This document shows, in pieces, positions 54,775 through 63,265 of a stretch of 64,000 nucleotides of DNA (positions are counted from its first letter, which is position 1; every line of letters starts with the position of its first letter). The DNA is from an uncultured Clostridia bacterium (lineage in GTDB: Bacteria > Bacillota > Clostridia > TANB77 > CAG-508), in contig CALXBX010000004.1 in the NCBI GenBank assembly GCA_944386655.1, positions 2,595-66,594 of the forward strand, read 5' to 3'. The notes beneath the pieces were generated by a model. It did no database searches and was not told the origin of the DNA. It saw only the letters and a list, made by a program, of their open reading frames with translations. The position numbers and the translations under genes were made by a program.

Positions 54775-55900
54775 AAGCTTTTATTTTTCTGGTGCGGTAA
54801 TCTATATATTCATCTAAAGATACTTTTATAATAGCACTTATTGGAACAGATAAGAAAATTCCTATCATGCCAAAGTAAGCACCTCCCACTGTTACTGCAA
54901 ATATGACTAACAACGGGTTTATTTTTAAGGAGTTCCCTACTATTTTTGGATTAATAATATTGGCATCTATTTGTTGTAGAATAATAACTACCACTAGCAT
55001 CCAAATGGTTTGTTCTATTCCACCTGTGAAGAAGGTGATAATTCCTGCTATGATAACTGCTATAATGGCTCCAATGTAGGGTATCATATTGAATAGTCCT
55101 ATCATAAACCCTAGCAGTGGTGCATATTTTATGCCCATAATACTCATAGCAATGGAAGTAAGTATTCCTACCACAATGGCATCTATAAATTGCCCTGCTA
55201 AAAATTTGAAAAATATTTGATTAGAACGATTAAAATATTTATTCATATTACGATAGATACGTGGTCTGAAAGTGACTCCAGCTAATTTTTTAAAGAATTG
55301 TAAGATACTACTTCTACCAATTAACAAATATACGGATACGATAATTGCTACAAAGGTATTTACAATACCATTGGCAAAGCTAACTGCTCCTTGCAAATAT
55401 TGTGTTAGTGCTTCTACATTTAAAATTTCTTTAATATCTATACTTTGAATAGCATTCATAATTCCTGTCATTACATTTGTTTTAAAGAAATTGTCTTCTG
55501 GTAAATTATCGATGGCATGAATAGCCATATCGTAATAACTATGGAAGTTATTTGCCAAGTCTAAAATACTTTCTAGAATTGGTGGAATTATCCATGTAAA
55601 TAACAATATAATTAATAGCAAAGTAATAAGATATACTGTGATGACACTAAATGTTCTTGCTTTTTTGCGAATCCATTTATTTTTTGTTTTTTTATAAAAT
55701 TCTTCGACTTTTCTGCATGGCAAGTATAAAATATAGGCAATTAAAAGTCCTATAAAGAATGGTGCTAGCACTTGAAATAATGTACCAATCCAGTTTGTAA
55801 TTTCTCCAAAATTATCAAATATTTTATAGACAAAAATGACGGCTACGGCAAAAGTAAACCAATACAGCCATTTTGTCCACGTTCTAGGCTTTTTCTCCAA
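54752..55900 (-). CDS. AI-2E family transporter (PerM/YhhT-like permease)
   Basis: 382 aa with about 8 TM helices and the typical C-terminal GGxxFGxxGxxLxxP pattern (GGAYFGMIGIFLSVPI). Confidence 0.8.
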   Translation of the reverse strand: MEKKPRTWTKWLYWFTFAVAVIFVYKIFDNFGEITNWIGTLFQVLAPFFIGLLIAYILYLPCRKVEEFYKKTKNKWIRKKARTFSVITVYLITLLLIILLFTWIIPPILESILDLANNFHSYYDMAIHAIDNLPEDNFFKTNVMTGIMNAIQSIDIKEILNVEALTQYLQGAVSFANGIVNTFVAIIVSVYLLIGRSSILQFFKKLAGVTFRPRIYRNMNKYFNRSNQIFFKFLAGQFIDAIVVGILTSIAMSIMGIKYAPLLGFMIGLFNMIPYIGAIIAVIIAGIITFFTGGIEQTIWMLVVVIILQQIDANIINPKIVGNSLKINPLLVIFAVTVGGAYFGMIGIFLSVPISAIIKVSLDEYIDYRTRKIKALNNRDVP

Positions 55901-55928
55901 TTTTCTTCTCTCCTTATCCTTTTCTATT

Positions 55929-56687
55929 TTAAGGGTTTTCTATTTCTATACCAACTGGGCAATGGTCACTCCCCATTACCTCTGCATAGATTTTACTATC
56001 TTTTATTTTGCTTTCTAATCGTTTGGATACAATAAAATAATCGATTCTCCATCCTGCATTTTTTTCTCTTGCATGAAACATATAGGACCACCAAGAATAA
56101 GCTTCTGTTTTTTCTGGGTATAAATAGCGAAAAGTATCTGTAAAACCGGAAGATAGCAAGGCTGTCATTTTATTTCTTTCTTCATCGGTAAATCCTGCAT
56201 TATGATGATTGGTACTTGGATTTTTTAAGTCTATCTCCTCATGTGCCACATTGAAATCTCCACAATAAATGACTGGCTTTTTCTTATCTAAATTTATTAG
56301 ATATTCTCGCATAGCATCTTCCCAAACCATACGATAGTCTAGTCTCTCTAATTCTCTTTTGGAATTTGGAGTATAGCAATTTACAAAATAGAAGTTTTCG
56401 TACTCTAAAGTAATTACTCTTCCTTCTGTATCATGCTCTTCTATTCCTATTCCATAAGTTACTTGCAATGGTTTCTTTTTGGTGAATACGGCTGTTCCAG
56501 AATAGCCTTTTTTTATGGCACTATTCCAATATTGTTCATATCCTTCTAATTCCAGGTTTACTTGACCTTCTTGCAATTTGGTTTCTTGCAGTGCAAAAAT
56601 ATCGGCATCTATTTCTTGGAAAAAGTTCATAAATCCTTTATTTAGGGCTGCCCTTAATCCATTTACATTCCATGATATACATTTCAT
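55929..56687 (-). CDS. xth: Exodeoxyribonuclease III (Xth/ExoA)
   Basis: MKCISWNVNGLRA, QETK, GDFN and SDHCPV motifs. Start preferred at ATG 56687, which has a GGAGGA RBS. Confidence 0.9.
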   Translation of the reverse strand: MKCISWNVNGLRAALNKGFMNFFQEIDADIFALQETKLQEGQVNLELEGYEQYWNSAIKKGYSGTAVFTKKKPLQVTYGIGIEEHDTEGRVITLEYENFYFVNCYTPNSKRELERLDYRMVWEDAMREYLINLDKKKPVIYCGDFNVAHEEIDLKNPSTNHHNAGFTDEERNKMTALLSSGFTDTFRYLYPEKTEAYSWWSYMFHAREKNAGWRIDYFIVSKRLESKIKDSKIYAEVMGSDHCPVGIEIENP

Positions 56688-56805
56688 GCTTTCTCTATCC
56701 TCCATTATATTTTTTACTATTTTCTCGTGCTATTTAGAGGCAACATACCTCTTTTTATGTTCTTTATTTTACTATAGAAAACGGGATAAATCAATATTTA
56801 TGCAT

Positions 56806-56840
56806 ACAAAAAATAGCCTTAAGTAATTCTTAAAGCTATT
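56806..56840 (-). terminator. Rho-independent terminator after the G5/3D-domain gene
   Basis: Minus strand: AATAGCTTTAAG-aatta-CTTAAGGCTATT followed by TTTTTGTATG. Confidence 0.7.
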
Positions 56841-56850
56841 TCTCCATATT

Positions 56851-56899
56851 TGCAATTTAAGGAACGTCCCTAAATTGCAAGGAACGTCCCTAAATTGCA
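56851..56899. repeat. 29-nt element (copy f) plus a tandem 20-nt partial copy
   Basis: TGCAATTTAAGGAACGTCCCTAAATTGCA followed directly by AGGAACGTCCCTAAATTGCA. It abuts the TAA stop at 56900-56902. Confidence 0.9.
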
Positions 56900-57889
56900 T
56901 TAAAATTCATATATATAACATTCCAAATTTTTTCTACCAAATTGTAAACATTCGTTATGTGTAGACATGAATATGTCTATTTTGTTGTTAGAAATAGCTC
57001 CTCCTCTATCTTGTACTACAAACCATCCTCCATTTGGTTTATTTTTAAAATATGGAATATAAATAATCGTTCCTATTTTATACCCTTTTCCTGCGGCAAT
57101 GGTATACCAAGCGGATGCTTTTGCTCCTGATGAAGTAATTCCATTTGTCTTTCCACAACATTTTACACAAGCATCATAAGCAGATGTATTCATTGTTTTT
57201 ACTTTTGGTGTAATGCCTTCTACTTTTTTTGCTAAACTAGAAGATGCTGTAAGTGCTGGGTTTGTACTTGCTGTTCTTTCTGTACCTCTTGATGTTACTT
57301 GCACCGTTCTTACTTGTACAATTTTATCTACTGGTTCTTTGATAATAGTAGAAGAGATTTCTGTTCTTTCTATTTCTACATCATTTTGATATTTTACTTT
57401 GTACTTCACTTCTTTTAATCCATTTTCACCTTTTTGAATTACCTGATTTTGCTTTGTTCCTTCTCCTGTTGCTTCTTTTGTAATGGTCTCAAAAGGTATT
57501 TCTACTTGTTCTGTAATAATTTTTTCTACAATCGTATCATAAGTTGCTAAAATTTCTTCTGTTGTAACAACAGCTTCTGTTTTTGCAATCTCTTGCTCTT
57601 CCTCTGTTTTTTTCACAATTTTAATTGTTTTATTATCTGGTAATTCTTCTTGTTTATCTGGTGTTACTGTTTCATCTTCTAATAATACGATGTGATTTTC
57701 TTCCAAGATTTCTCCAACCGTTGTTTTAGATGTTAAAACTGTCATTTCATAATCATTGGAAAGTATTATTTTTACGCTTGTTAAACTTGCATTGGATGCC
57801 ATAACACCTATACTTGTCATAAATATAAGTATTAAGCAGATTCCTAATATTTTTATTAGTGATATCGATGCTTTATCATCTTTCTTCAT
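56900..57889 (-). CDS. DUF348/G5/3D-domain cell-wall protein (YabE/RpfB-like)
   Basis: TM anchor. DUF348-like segment (VKIILSNDYEMTVLTSKTTVGEILEE), G5-like segment (ETITKEATGEGTKQNQVIQKGENGLKEVKYKV) and a 3D domain (GGWFVVQDRGGAI...IDIFM). Start at ATG 57889 with AAGGAGGG RBS. The track start at 57964 lies upstream of the promoter. Confidence 0.8.
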   Translation of the reverse strand: MKKDDKASISLIKILGICLILIFMTSIGVMASNASLTSVKIILSNDYEMTVLTSKTTVGEILEENHIVLLEDETVTPDKQEELPDNKTIKIVKKTEEEQEIAKTEAVVTTEEILATYDTIVEKIITEQVEIPFETITKEATGEGTKQNQVIQKGENGLKEVKYKVKYQNDVEIERTEISSTIIKEPVDKIVQVRTVQVTSRGTERTASTNPALTASSSLAKKVEGITPKVKTMNTSAYDACVKCCGKTNGITSSGAKASAWYTIAAGKGYKIGTIIYIPYFKNKPNGGWFVVQDRGGAISNNKIDIFMSTHNECLQFGRKNLECYIYEF

Positions 57890-57925
57890 AAAAATATTTT
57901 CCCTCCTTATTTTTGCAACAATGTC

Positions 57926-57954
57926 ATTATACCATTTTCTTTTTCTCGTGTCAA
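57926..57954 (-). promoter_or_regulatory. Consensus sigma-A promoter of the G5/3D gene
   Basis: Minus strand: TTGACA, 17-nt spacer, TGgTATAAT (perfect -35, extended -10). Confidence 0.7.
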
Positions 57955-58193
57955 ATTTTGGCACATTCTACTTTTTCTTACAGCCTTCTGCGTTTTGCAT
58001 TTTTGCATTATGTTTCCTTCTTTGTTTTCGCTTTTATTATCCACTATATTATATGATGCTTGTACGAAAAAAATGACTTTTTTATTTCTATTTATCACAT
58101 ATTTTTTACAAAGATTTCATATACTAGCTATTGTACGAACAAAAAAGATATGATATACTAATATCACTTTAAAATAAGGAGGATATATTAGTT

Positions 58194-58751
58194 ATGGGAT
58201 GGATTATATTAGCCATTGTTGTTATTTTAGTAATTGCTGTTATTTTGATTTATAACAGTTTGGTATCTAAAAGGCAAAATGTAAAAAATGCATGGAGTCA
58301 AATTGATGTACAACTACAAAGAAGATTCGATTTAATTCCTAATTTAGTAGAAACTGTAAAAGGCTACATGACACATGAGAAAGACGTATTAGAAAAAGTA
58401 ACTTCTCTTCGTTCTTCTTGGGCAGAGGCAAATACCGTTGCAGAAAAATCTGCTTTAGATAACGAACTATCTAGTGCTTTAAAAACGATTTTAGCGGTTT
58501 CTGAAAATTATCCAGATCTAAAGGCAAATCAAAGTTTTGCTGATTTACAAGAAGAATTAAGAACAACAGAAAATAAAATTTCTTTTTCTAGACAGTTTTA
58601 TAATGATACCGTTACTATTTATAATACAAAGTTGGAAACTTTCCCTTCTAACGTAATTGCTTCTATGTTTGGCTTTAAAGAAGAAAGTCTATTTGAAGCA
58701 GAAAGTGATGAAGCAAGAAAAAATGTAAAAGTAGATTTTAGTCAAAAATAA
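58194..58751 (+). CDS. lemA: LemA family protein
   Basis: N-terminal TM, then [39 protein letters not shown]..., a canonical LemA sequence. AAGGAGG RBS. Confidence 0.9.
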   Translation: MGWIILAIVVILVIAVILIYNSLVSKRQNVKNAWSQIDVQLQRRFDLIPNLVETVKGYMTHEKDVLEKVTSLRSSWAEANTVAEKSALDNELSSALKTILAVSENYPDLKANQSFADLQEELRTTENKISFSRQFYNDTVTIYNTKLETFPSNVIASMFGFKEESLFEAESDEARKNVKVDFSQK

Positions 58752-58855
58752 GGAAGGAAATAAAAAACAAGGACGGCGGAGGATTACTTCTCCGTCCAAT
58801 TTTCTTCTATATTTAGCAATGGGCATTTACATACATACTAAAAGGAGGATTTTTT

Positions 58856-59752
58856 ATGTTTCAAGATATTAAACGAAATAAAATAAAAACTGGAATTATT
58901 GTTAGTATTTTTATTATTTTAGTAACACTACTTATCTATTATGTTTGTATGGCTTTTGAACTAGGACCTATTTCTATTGTAATTGCTCTTATTTTTTCTT
59001 TCTTAAGTGCTTGGTCTTCTTATTACTATAGCGACAAAATTATTCTTTCACTTAATAAAGCAAGACCTGCAACAAAAGAAGAAAATCAAAAATTAGTGAA
59101 TATTTTAGATGCCTTAGTAGTTTCTTCTGGTCTTAGTGTAACTCCAAAATTATATGTTATGGAAGACGCACAGCCTAATGCTTTTGCTACAGGAAGGAAT
59201 CCGGAGCATAGTATTATTTGCGTTACTACTGGTTTATTAGAAAAATTGGATTACTACGAGCTAGAAGGTGTTATTGGACATGAACTTGCTCACATTAAAA
59301 ATTATGACATTTTACTTTCTGCTGTTGTCACAGTTATGGTAGGATTAGTGGTTATGTTAGCAGATATTATGACGAGAGCTTTCTTTTGGGGTGGTCTTCG
59401 CGACCATGATGACGATGACAGCAAGGCTAGCGCTATTCTTATGTTAGTTGGACTTATTTTTCTAATTCTATCTCCTATTTTTGCTCAACTAATGAAACTA
59501 GCCATTTCTCGTAGACGTGAATTTTTAGCAGATGCTACTTCTGTTCAATTTACAAGAAACCCTCAAGGTTTAATTTCTGCTTTAAGGAAGTTAGAAGACG
59601 ATCAGAATCCATTAAAAACTGCAAATAATTCTACTGCTCATATGTATATTGTAAGTCCTTTTAAGAAAAAGGATAAAAGAAGTAGTTCTAGTCTTTGGTC
59701 AACACATCCTTCTACAGAAGATAGAATTGCTGCTTTGGAAAATTTAAAATAG
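58856..59752 (+). CDS. htpX: M48-family zinc metalloprotease HtpX-like
   Basis: HELAHIKN zinc motif, 4 TM segments and REFLADA. Paired with lemA, as is common. Confidence 0.85.
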   Translation: MFQDIKRNKIKTGIIVSIFIILVTLLIYYVCMAFELGPISIVIALIFSFLSAWSSYYYSDKIILSLNKARPATKEENQKLVNILDALVVSSGLSVTPKLYVMEDAQPNAFATGRNPEHSIICVTTGLLEKLDYYELEGVIGHELAHIKNYDILLSAVVTVMVGLVVMLADIMTRAFFWGGLRDHDDDDSKASAILMLVGLIFLILSPIFAQLMKLAISRRREFLADATSVQFTRNPQGLISALRKLEDDQNPLKTANNSTAHMYIVSPFKKKDKRSSSSLWSTHPSTEDRIAALENLK

Positions 59753-59763
59753 CTTTACTCAAA

Positions 59764-59797
59764 AATAGCCTTAGATTTTTATCTAAAGCTATTTTTT
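59764..59797. terminator. Bidirectional rho-independent terminator between htpX and the convergent small ORF
   Basis: AAAAATAGCCTTAGAT-tttt-ATCTAAAGCTATTTTTTATTT. The stem has one mismatch, with an A-run on the left and a T-run on the right. Confidence 0.7.
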
Positions 59798-59863
59798 ATT
59801 TGATGACATATTTTTTCGGTTGTTTCTCTTAATTTTATTATAATGACTACTGCTAAAATTTAA

Positions 59864-60067
59864 TTAATTTAATTCCTCTCTCAAAAATTTTTGTAAATCT
59901 TCTTTATTTAAATTTTTTAAAGCCTCTCTTCTTTCTTCTGTATAATCTCCCTTTCCATCACTATACATTTGTATAAACTTTATCATACCTTCAACACCTA
60001 ACTTGTCTTTTAAAGCTTTAAGCCCATCTCTTCTTATTTTTTCTAGCTCTCTGATGGTTACTGCCAT
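59864..60067 (-). CDS. Small hypothetical protein (67 aa) translationally abutting the PIN gene; possible TA partner
   Basis: The ATG at 60067 immediately follows the PIN TAA (TAAATG). The product is helical and charged. No recognisable DNA-binding motif. Confidence 0.4.
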   Translation of the reverse strand: MAVTIRELEKIRRDGLKALKDKLGVEGMIKFIQMYSDGKGDYTEERREALKNLNKEDLQKFLREELN

Positions 60068-60509
60068 TTACATCACCTCCATAACAAATTCTATTGGATT
60101 TATAACTTTTATTTTTAAATTTGCTTTTTTCGAAGCATTAATCAATTGCTTATCTACCGTTATAAAATAATCCACTTCTTTACTTTCTGCATAAGCTATA
60201 TGATAAGCATCCATATAATGAATATGATATTTTTCTAATTCTTCTACTCTCTTATCTAATTCGTATGTATATGGAATATTTTCTAATTCTAATCCGTCAT
60301 ATAAATCCTCTACCTGTCTTCTTTTATCTCCATCTGAAATTCTGCTTATTTCATAATCAATAGCTCTACTTTTATATATTATAATTTTATTATTTACATA
60401 CATATTTATAATAGAATCTATTGCTCCGCGATTCTAAATTTATTTTTTCTTGTTTTAAATCATCAAATGGTCTATTATAACAGCAATTATCCAAATATAA
60501 CTTTAACAT
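60068..60509 (-). pseudogene. PIN-domain (VapC-like) ribonuclease gene interrupted by a frameshift
   Basis: ATG 60509 opens MLKLYLDNCCYNRPFDDLKQEKINLES..., the conserved N-terminal strand with the first PIN Asp. That frame stops at 60390. The rest of the domain (..GAIDSIINMYVNNKIIIYKS...MDAYHIAYAE...DYFITVDKQLI) continues in another frame as ORF 60068..60403. The junction is near 60422-60431. Confidence 0.65.
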
Positions 60510-60579
60510 TATACTAACCTCTCTTTCTATTATAGCATATTTTCTTAAATTTATCTATTTTAAAAAATATTTTTTGGGG

Positions 60580-61371
60580 TTATTTGTGGAAAATTTCAAA
60601 TATTCTTTCCGCATTTTGATAGGTTATTTTTGCCACCTCTTCTAAGGAAATATTTTTTACATTTGCTATTTTCTGTGCAATATATTTCACATTTCTACAA
60701 TCATTTCTTTTTCCTCTTAATGGTTCTGGCGACAAATAAGGGCTATCTGTTTCTATGAGCAAACGTTCCATTGGGACCATTTGTATGACTTTCTCTGCAT
60801 TTTTTGCATTTTTAAAAGTAACTGGACCTGCAAAAGAAATAAAATAACCTAATTTTAATGCCTCTTTGATAAGTTCTCTATTCATAGGGCAACAATGGAA
60901 AATCCCCTTTTTCTGTACTGGGTGTTCTTTTAACATTTTGATAGTATCTTCCACCGCTTCTCTGGTATGAATTACAATTGGTAACTGATAATGATTGGCA
61001 AGTTCTATTTGCTTAGCAAACATCTCTTTTTGTATTTGTTTGTTTTCTTTGTTCCAATAATAATCTAATCCAATTTCTCCTACAGCTACTATTTTATTTG
61101 TTTTGGCTGTTTGTAGCATTTCTTCTATTTCTTGTAATAGTGTAGCCTCTTGCTCTTGTGTTTCTGGTACATCGTTTGGTGAAATACCGCAAATGGTATA
61201 AATATATGGATATTTTTTTGCTATTTCTATCGCTTTTAAGGAAGATGCTACATTGTAACCAGCACAAATATATTTGGTAATTCCCTCCTCAAAGCTTGTC
61301 TGTATGATATTATCTCTATCTTCATCAAACTTTTCATCATTATAATGAGCATGTGAATCAAAGAACTCCAT
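60580..61371 (-). CDS. tatD: TatD family metal-dependent hydrolase/DNase
   Basis: FFDSHAHY, EIGLDY, VIHTRE and ETDSPYL motifs. Confidence 0.9.
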   Translation of the reverse strand: MEFFDSHAHYNDEKFDEDRDNIIQTSFEEGITKYICAGYNVASSLKAIEIAKKYPYIYTICGISPNDVPETQEQEATLLQEIEEMLQTAKTNKIVAVGEIGLDYYWNKENKQIQKEMFAKQIELANHYQLPIVIHTREAVEDTIKMLKEHPVQKKGIFHCCPMNRELIKEALKLGYFISFAGPVTFKNAKNAEKVIQMVPMERLLIETDSPYLSPEPLRGKRNDCRNVKYIAQKIANVKNISLEEVAKITYQNAERIFEIFHK

Positions 61372-61419
61372 GTTTCTCTTCTCCTATTTCTATTCTTTAT
61401 TTTTTTATCTTCTCTACTG

Positions 61420-61803
61420 TTATTCTTTCCATAAAACAACTACTTGTGCCATAGCATATTGTTTACAATGGGAAATACTAATGTCTATATTTGCTATATT
61501 AGCTGTTTTTATTTTTTCCTCATCCAATCCCACCTGTGGTCGTCCTGATTCATCATTTTTTAATTCTATGCTTTTCCATTCTATGGCATACTTGTCTGGT
61601 ATTTCGCAAGAAAGTGCCTTAAATACGGCTTCTTTTGCCGCAAACCTTGCTGCATAATGCTGATATTTATTTTGATTTTTCTTTTCACAATAGTCTATTT
61701 CTTGTTTTGTATATATTCGACTTATAAAGGCGTCTTTTTGCTCTAGTATTGCTTCTTTTATTCTATCTATTTCTATGATATCACATCCACAAGTTATTTT
61801 CAT
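61420..61803 (-). CDS. acpS: Holo-[acyl-carrier-protein] synthase
   Basis: MKITCGCDIIEIDRI and FAAKEAVFKAL motifs. Start at ATG 61803 with AAGGAAG RBS. The track extension runs into repeat copy g. Confidence 0.85.
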   Translation of the reverse strand: MKITCGCDIIEIDRIKEAILEQKDAFISRIYTKQEIDYCEKKNQNKYQHYAARFAAKEAVFKALSCEIPDKYAIEWKSIELKNDESGRPQVGLDEEKIKTANIANIDISISHCKQYAMAQVVVLWKE

Positions 61804-61813
61804 TTTTCTTCCT

Positions 61814-61842
61814 TGCAATTTAGGGACGTTCCTTAAATTGCA
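61814..61842. repeat. 29-nt element (copy g), exact inverted partner of copy h
   Basis: TGCAATTTAGGGACGTTCCTTAAATTGCA. It directly abuts the acpS RBS. Confidence 0.9.
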
Positions 61843-61912
61843 TTTTCCTTTCTATGAACTTTGTTAAATATCCACTTTTTACATTAAATATAGTCTATTC
61901 ATTTTTTATTAC

Positions 61913-61952
61913 TGCAATTTAAGGAACGTCCCTAAATTGCACCTAAATTGCA
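61913..61952. repeat. 29-nt element (copy h) plus an 11-nt half-repeat
   Basis: TGCAATTTAAGGAACGTCCCTAAATTGCA followed by CCTAAATTGCA, 4 nt after the TGA stop of ORF 61957..63192. Confidence 0.9.
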
Positions 61953-61956
61953 AAGC

Positions 61957-63192
61957 TCATTTAAAATATAATGTAAAAATATTTATGACTAGGCCTCCAA
62001 ATAGTGCTAGTAGTATGCCTGCCAACACATATGCCATTTTTGTATTTTTCTCTATATTTCTCTCTTTATACACGATATCATACTTTACTTTGATCGCCAT
62101 ATATAAATCCTGCAATTCTAATACTTGTTCCCATTTTTTGCACAAGTCACTTCCTATAATATCGTCTGTTACTTCTTCTATCCATATACTTTGTGTAAAA
62201 TCTGTAAATTTTTTATTGATTTCTGAAAAGTTTTTATTTTTTTCTAATTCATAATTTAATTTTTTGAAATATATTTTTTTATATAAAGCTAATAGATAAG
62301 TATATAAATATTCATTCTCAAATGTAAAAGGTAACTTTGTATAATTTTCTGTATATATAGCAGAAGCAAGCAGTGTTGCCCCTTGTTTTGTACAACCTAG
62401 TTTTGCATATTTTAGATTTGGTAATACATGTTCTTCTGTATTTTCTATTGTTACTTGTGTATTACTTGGTAAGATATAACTAAATTTTAAAAAGTCATCT
62501 TGCAATGTAGCAAATGGTTTTGTTTCGTTCCAACATTCTTGTTCTAAACAAACATAAGAATATGTGAAAAACTTTTCATTTTCTAAATTCATTGCTTTTG
62601 CTTCTCTACAATTTCCTGTTATTTCTTTTATAAAATGAGATAATTCTTTTCTATCTTTAAAATTGCTACTTTGCAAATGTATATTTTCATAATTTTTTAA
62701 ATTGCTACATTCTGCATGGATATCTCTAAATTTGTAATTAAAATTTAGCACATCTGCTAAGGTATTTTCTCCTTCTATGATGGTTTTCATTAGTAAGAAA
62801 CCTATTCCAGTTTGAAAACAAACAATTTCTATTTTAGGTACCGTAAAGAATATAGTATCTTCTTTTCCTACCCTTCCTTGTACATCTTTCTTTAGTTCGT
62901 ACTCAAATATCGTACATGGTTTTTGCGCTAATAGCAACGCTTTTGTATTTATTGAAAATTCATCAAATTGCTTTTGTTTTTCTTTATCCCATGTGAAAGA
63001 AGGAAATAAATAATCTCTTACTCTTGGCATGAAATAGGTATACAAATGCATATCTTTTTCTCTTTCAAATATTTTTAATTTGCAATGTTTATCTTTTAAT
63101 AGTTTTAATATATATTTATCATAATTTTCTTCTGGTATGATAAATGGATATATAAAATAAGAATATTGATATTTTATCTTTTGCTCTGGCAT
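61957..63192 (-). CDS. Hypothetical protein, 411 aa, with a single C-terminal TM helix
   Basis: Long uninterrupted ORF. The C-terminal AYVLAGILLALFGGLVINIFTLYF is hydrophobic. No catalytic motif recognised. Confidence 0.6.
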   Translation of the reverse strand: MPEQKIKYQYSYFIYPFIIPEENYDKYILKLLKDKHCKLKIFEREKDMHLYTYFMPRVRDYLFPSFTWDKEKQKQFDEFSINTKALLLAQKPCTIFEYELKKDVQGRVGKEDTIFFTVPKIEIVCFQTGIGFLLMKTIIEGENTLADVLNFNYKFRDIHAECSNLKNYENIHLQSSNFKDRKELSHFIKEITGNCREAKAMNLENEKFFTYSYVCLEQECWNETKPFATLQDDFLKFSYILPSNTQVTIENTEEHVLPNLKYAKLGCTKQGATLLASAIYTENYTKLPFTFENEYLYTYLLALYKKIYFKKLNYELEKNKNFSEINKKFTDFTQSIWIEEVTDDIIGSDLCKKWEQVLELQDLYMAIKVKYDIVYKERNIEKNTKMAYVLAGILLALFGGLVINIFTLYFK

Positions 63193-63265
63193 GTTTCTCT
63201 TCCCTCCTTAGTGAGAAAAAGGACGCTTTTTTTAAGTGAATTTTTTCTTCCTTCTTCTACGTCCT

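Noticed and set aside
57890-58098. Track start at 57964 for the G5/3D gene, and a 63-aa ORF at 57907..58098
   Set aside because: A consensus TTGACA-17-TGgTATAAT promoter at 57926-57954 lies inside these putative coding regions. The ATG at 57889 has a strong AAGGAGGG RBS.
57890-58193. Possible c-di-AMP (ydaO-type) riboswitch upstream of the 3D-domain cell-wall gene
   Set aside because: I looked because this riboswitch class often precedes Rpf/3D-domain genes. The predicted promoter leaves only a ~30-nt leader, and I see no pseudo-twofold ACGR/GGGGA-type conserved segments.
58771-58800. Imperfect GC-rich hairpin (GGACGGCGGAGG...CTCCGTCC) between lemA and htpX as a terminator
   Set aside because: The stem needs a bulge and the downstream T-tract is weak (AATTTTCTT). 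lemA-htpX are usually co-transcribed, so it is left unannotated.
61248-61439. 63-aa minus-strand ORF spanning the acpS/tatD junction
   Set aside because: It overlaps the tatD 5' end in another frame and the acpS 3' end, and its K/R-rich low-complexity product has no support.
43640-61952. The repeated 29-mers as a CRISPR array
   Set aside because: The copies are dispersed over 18 kb in separate intergenic regions, in both orientations, without regularly sized spacers. No cas genes are present.
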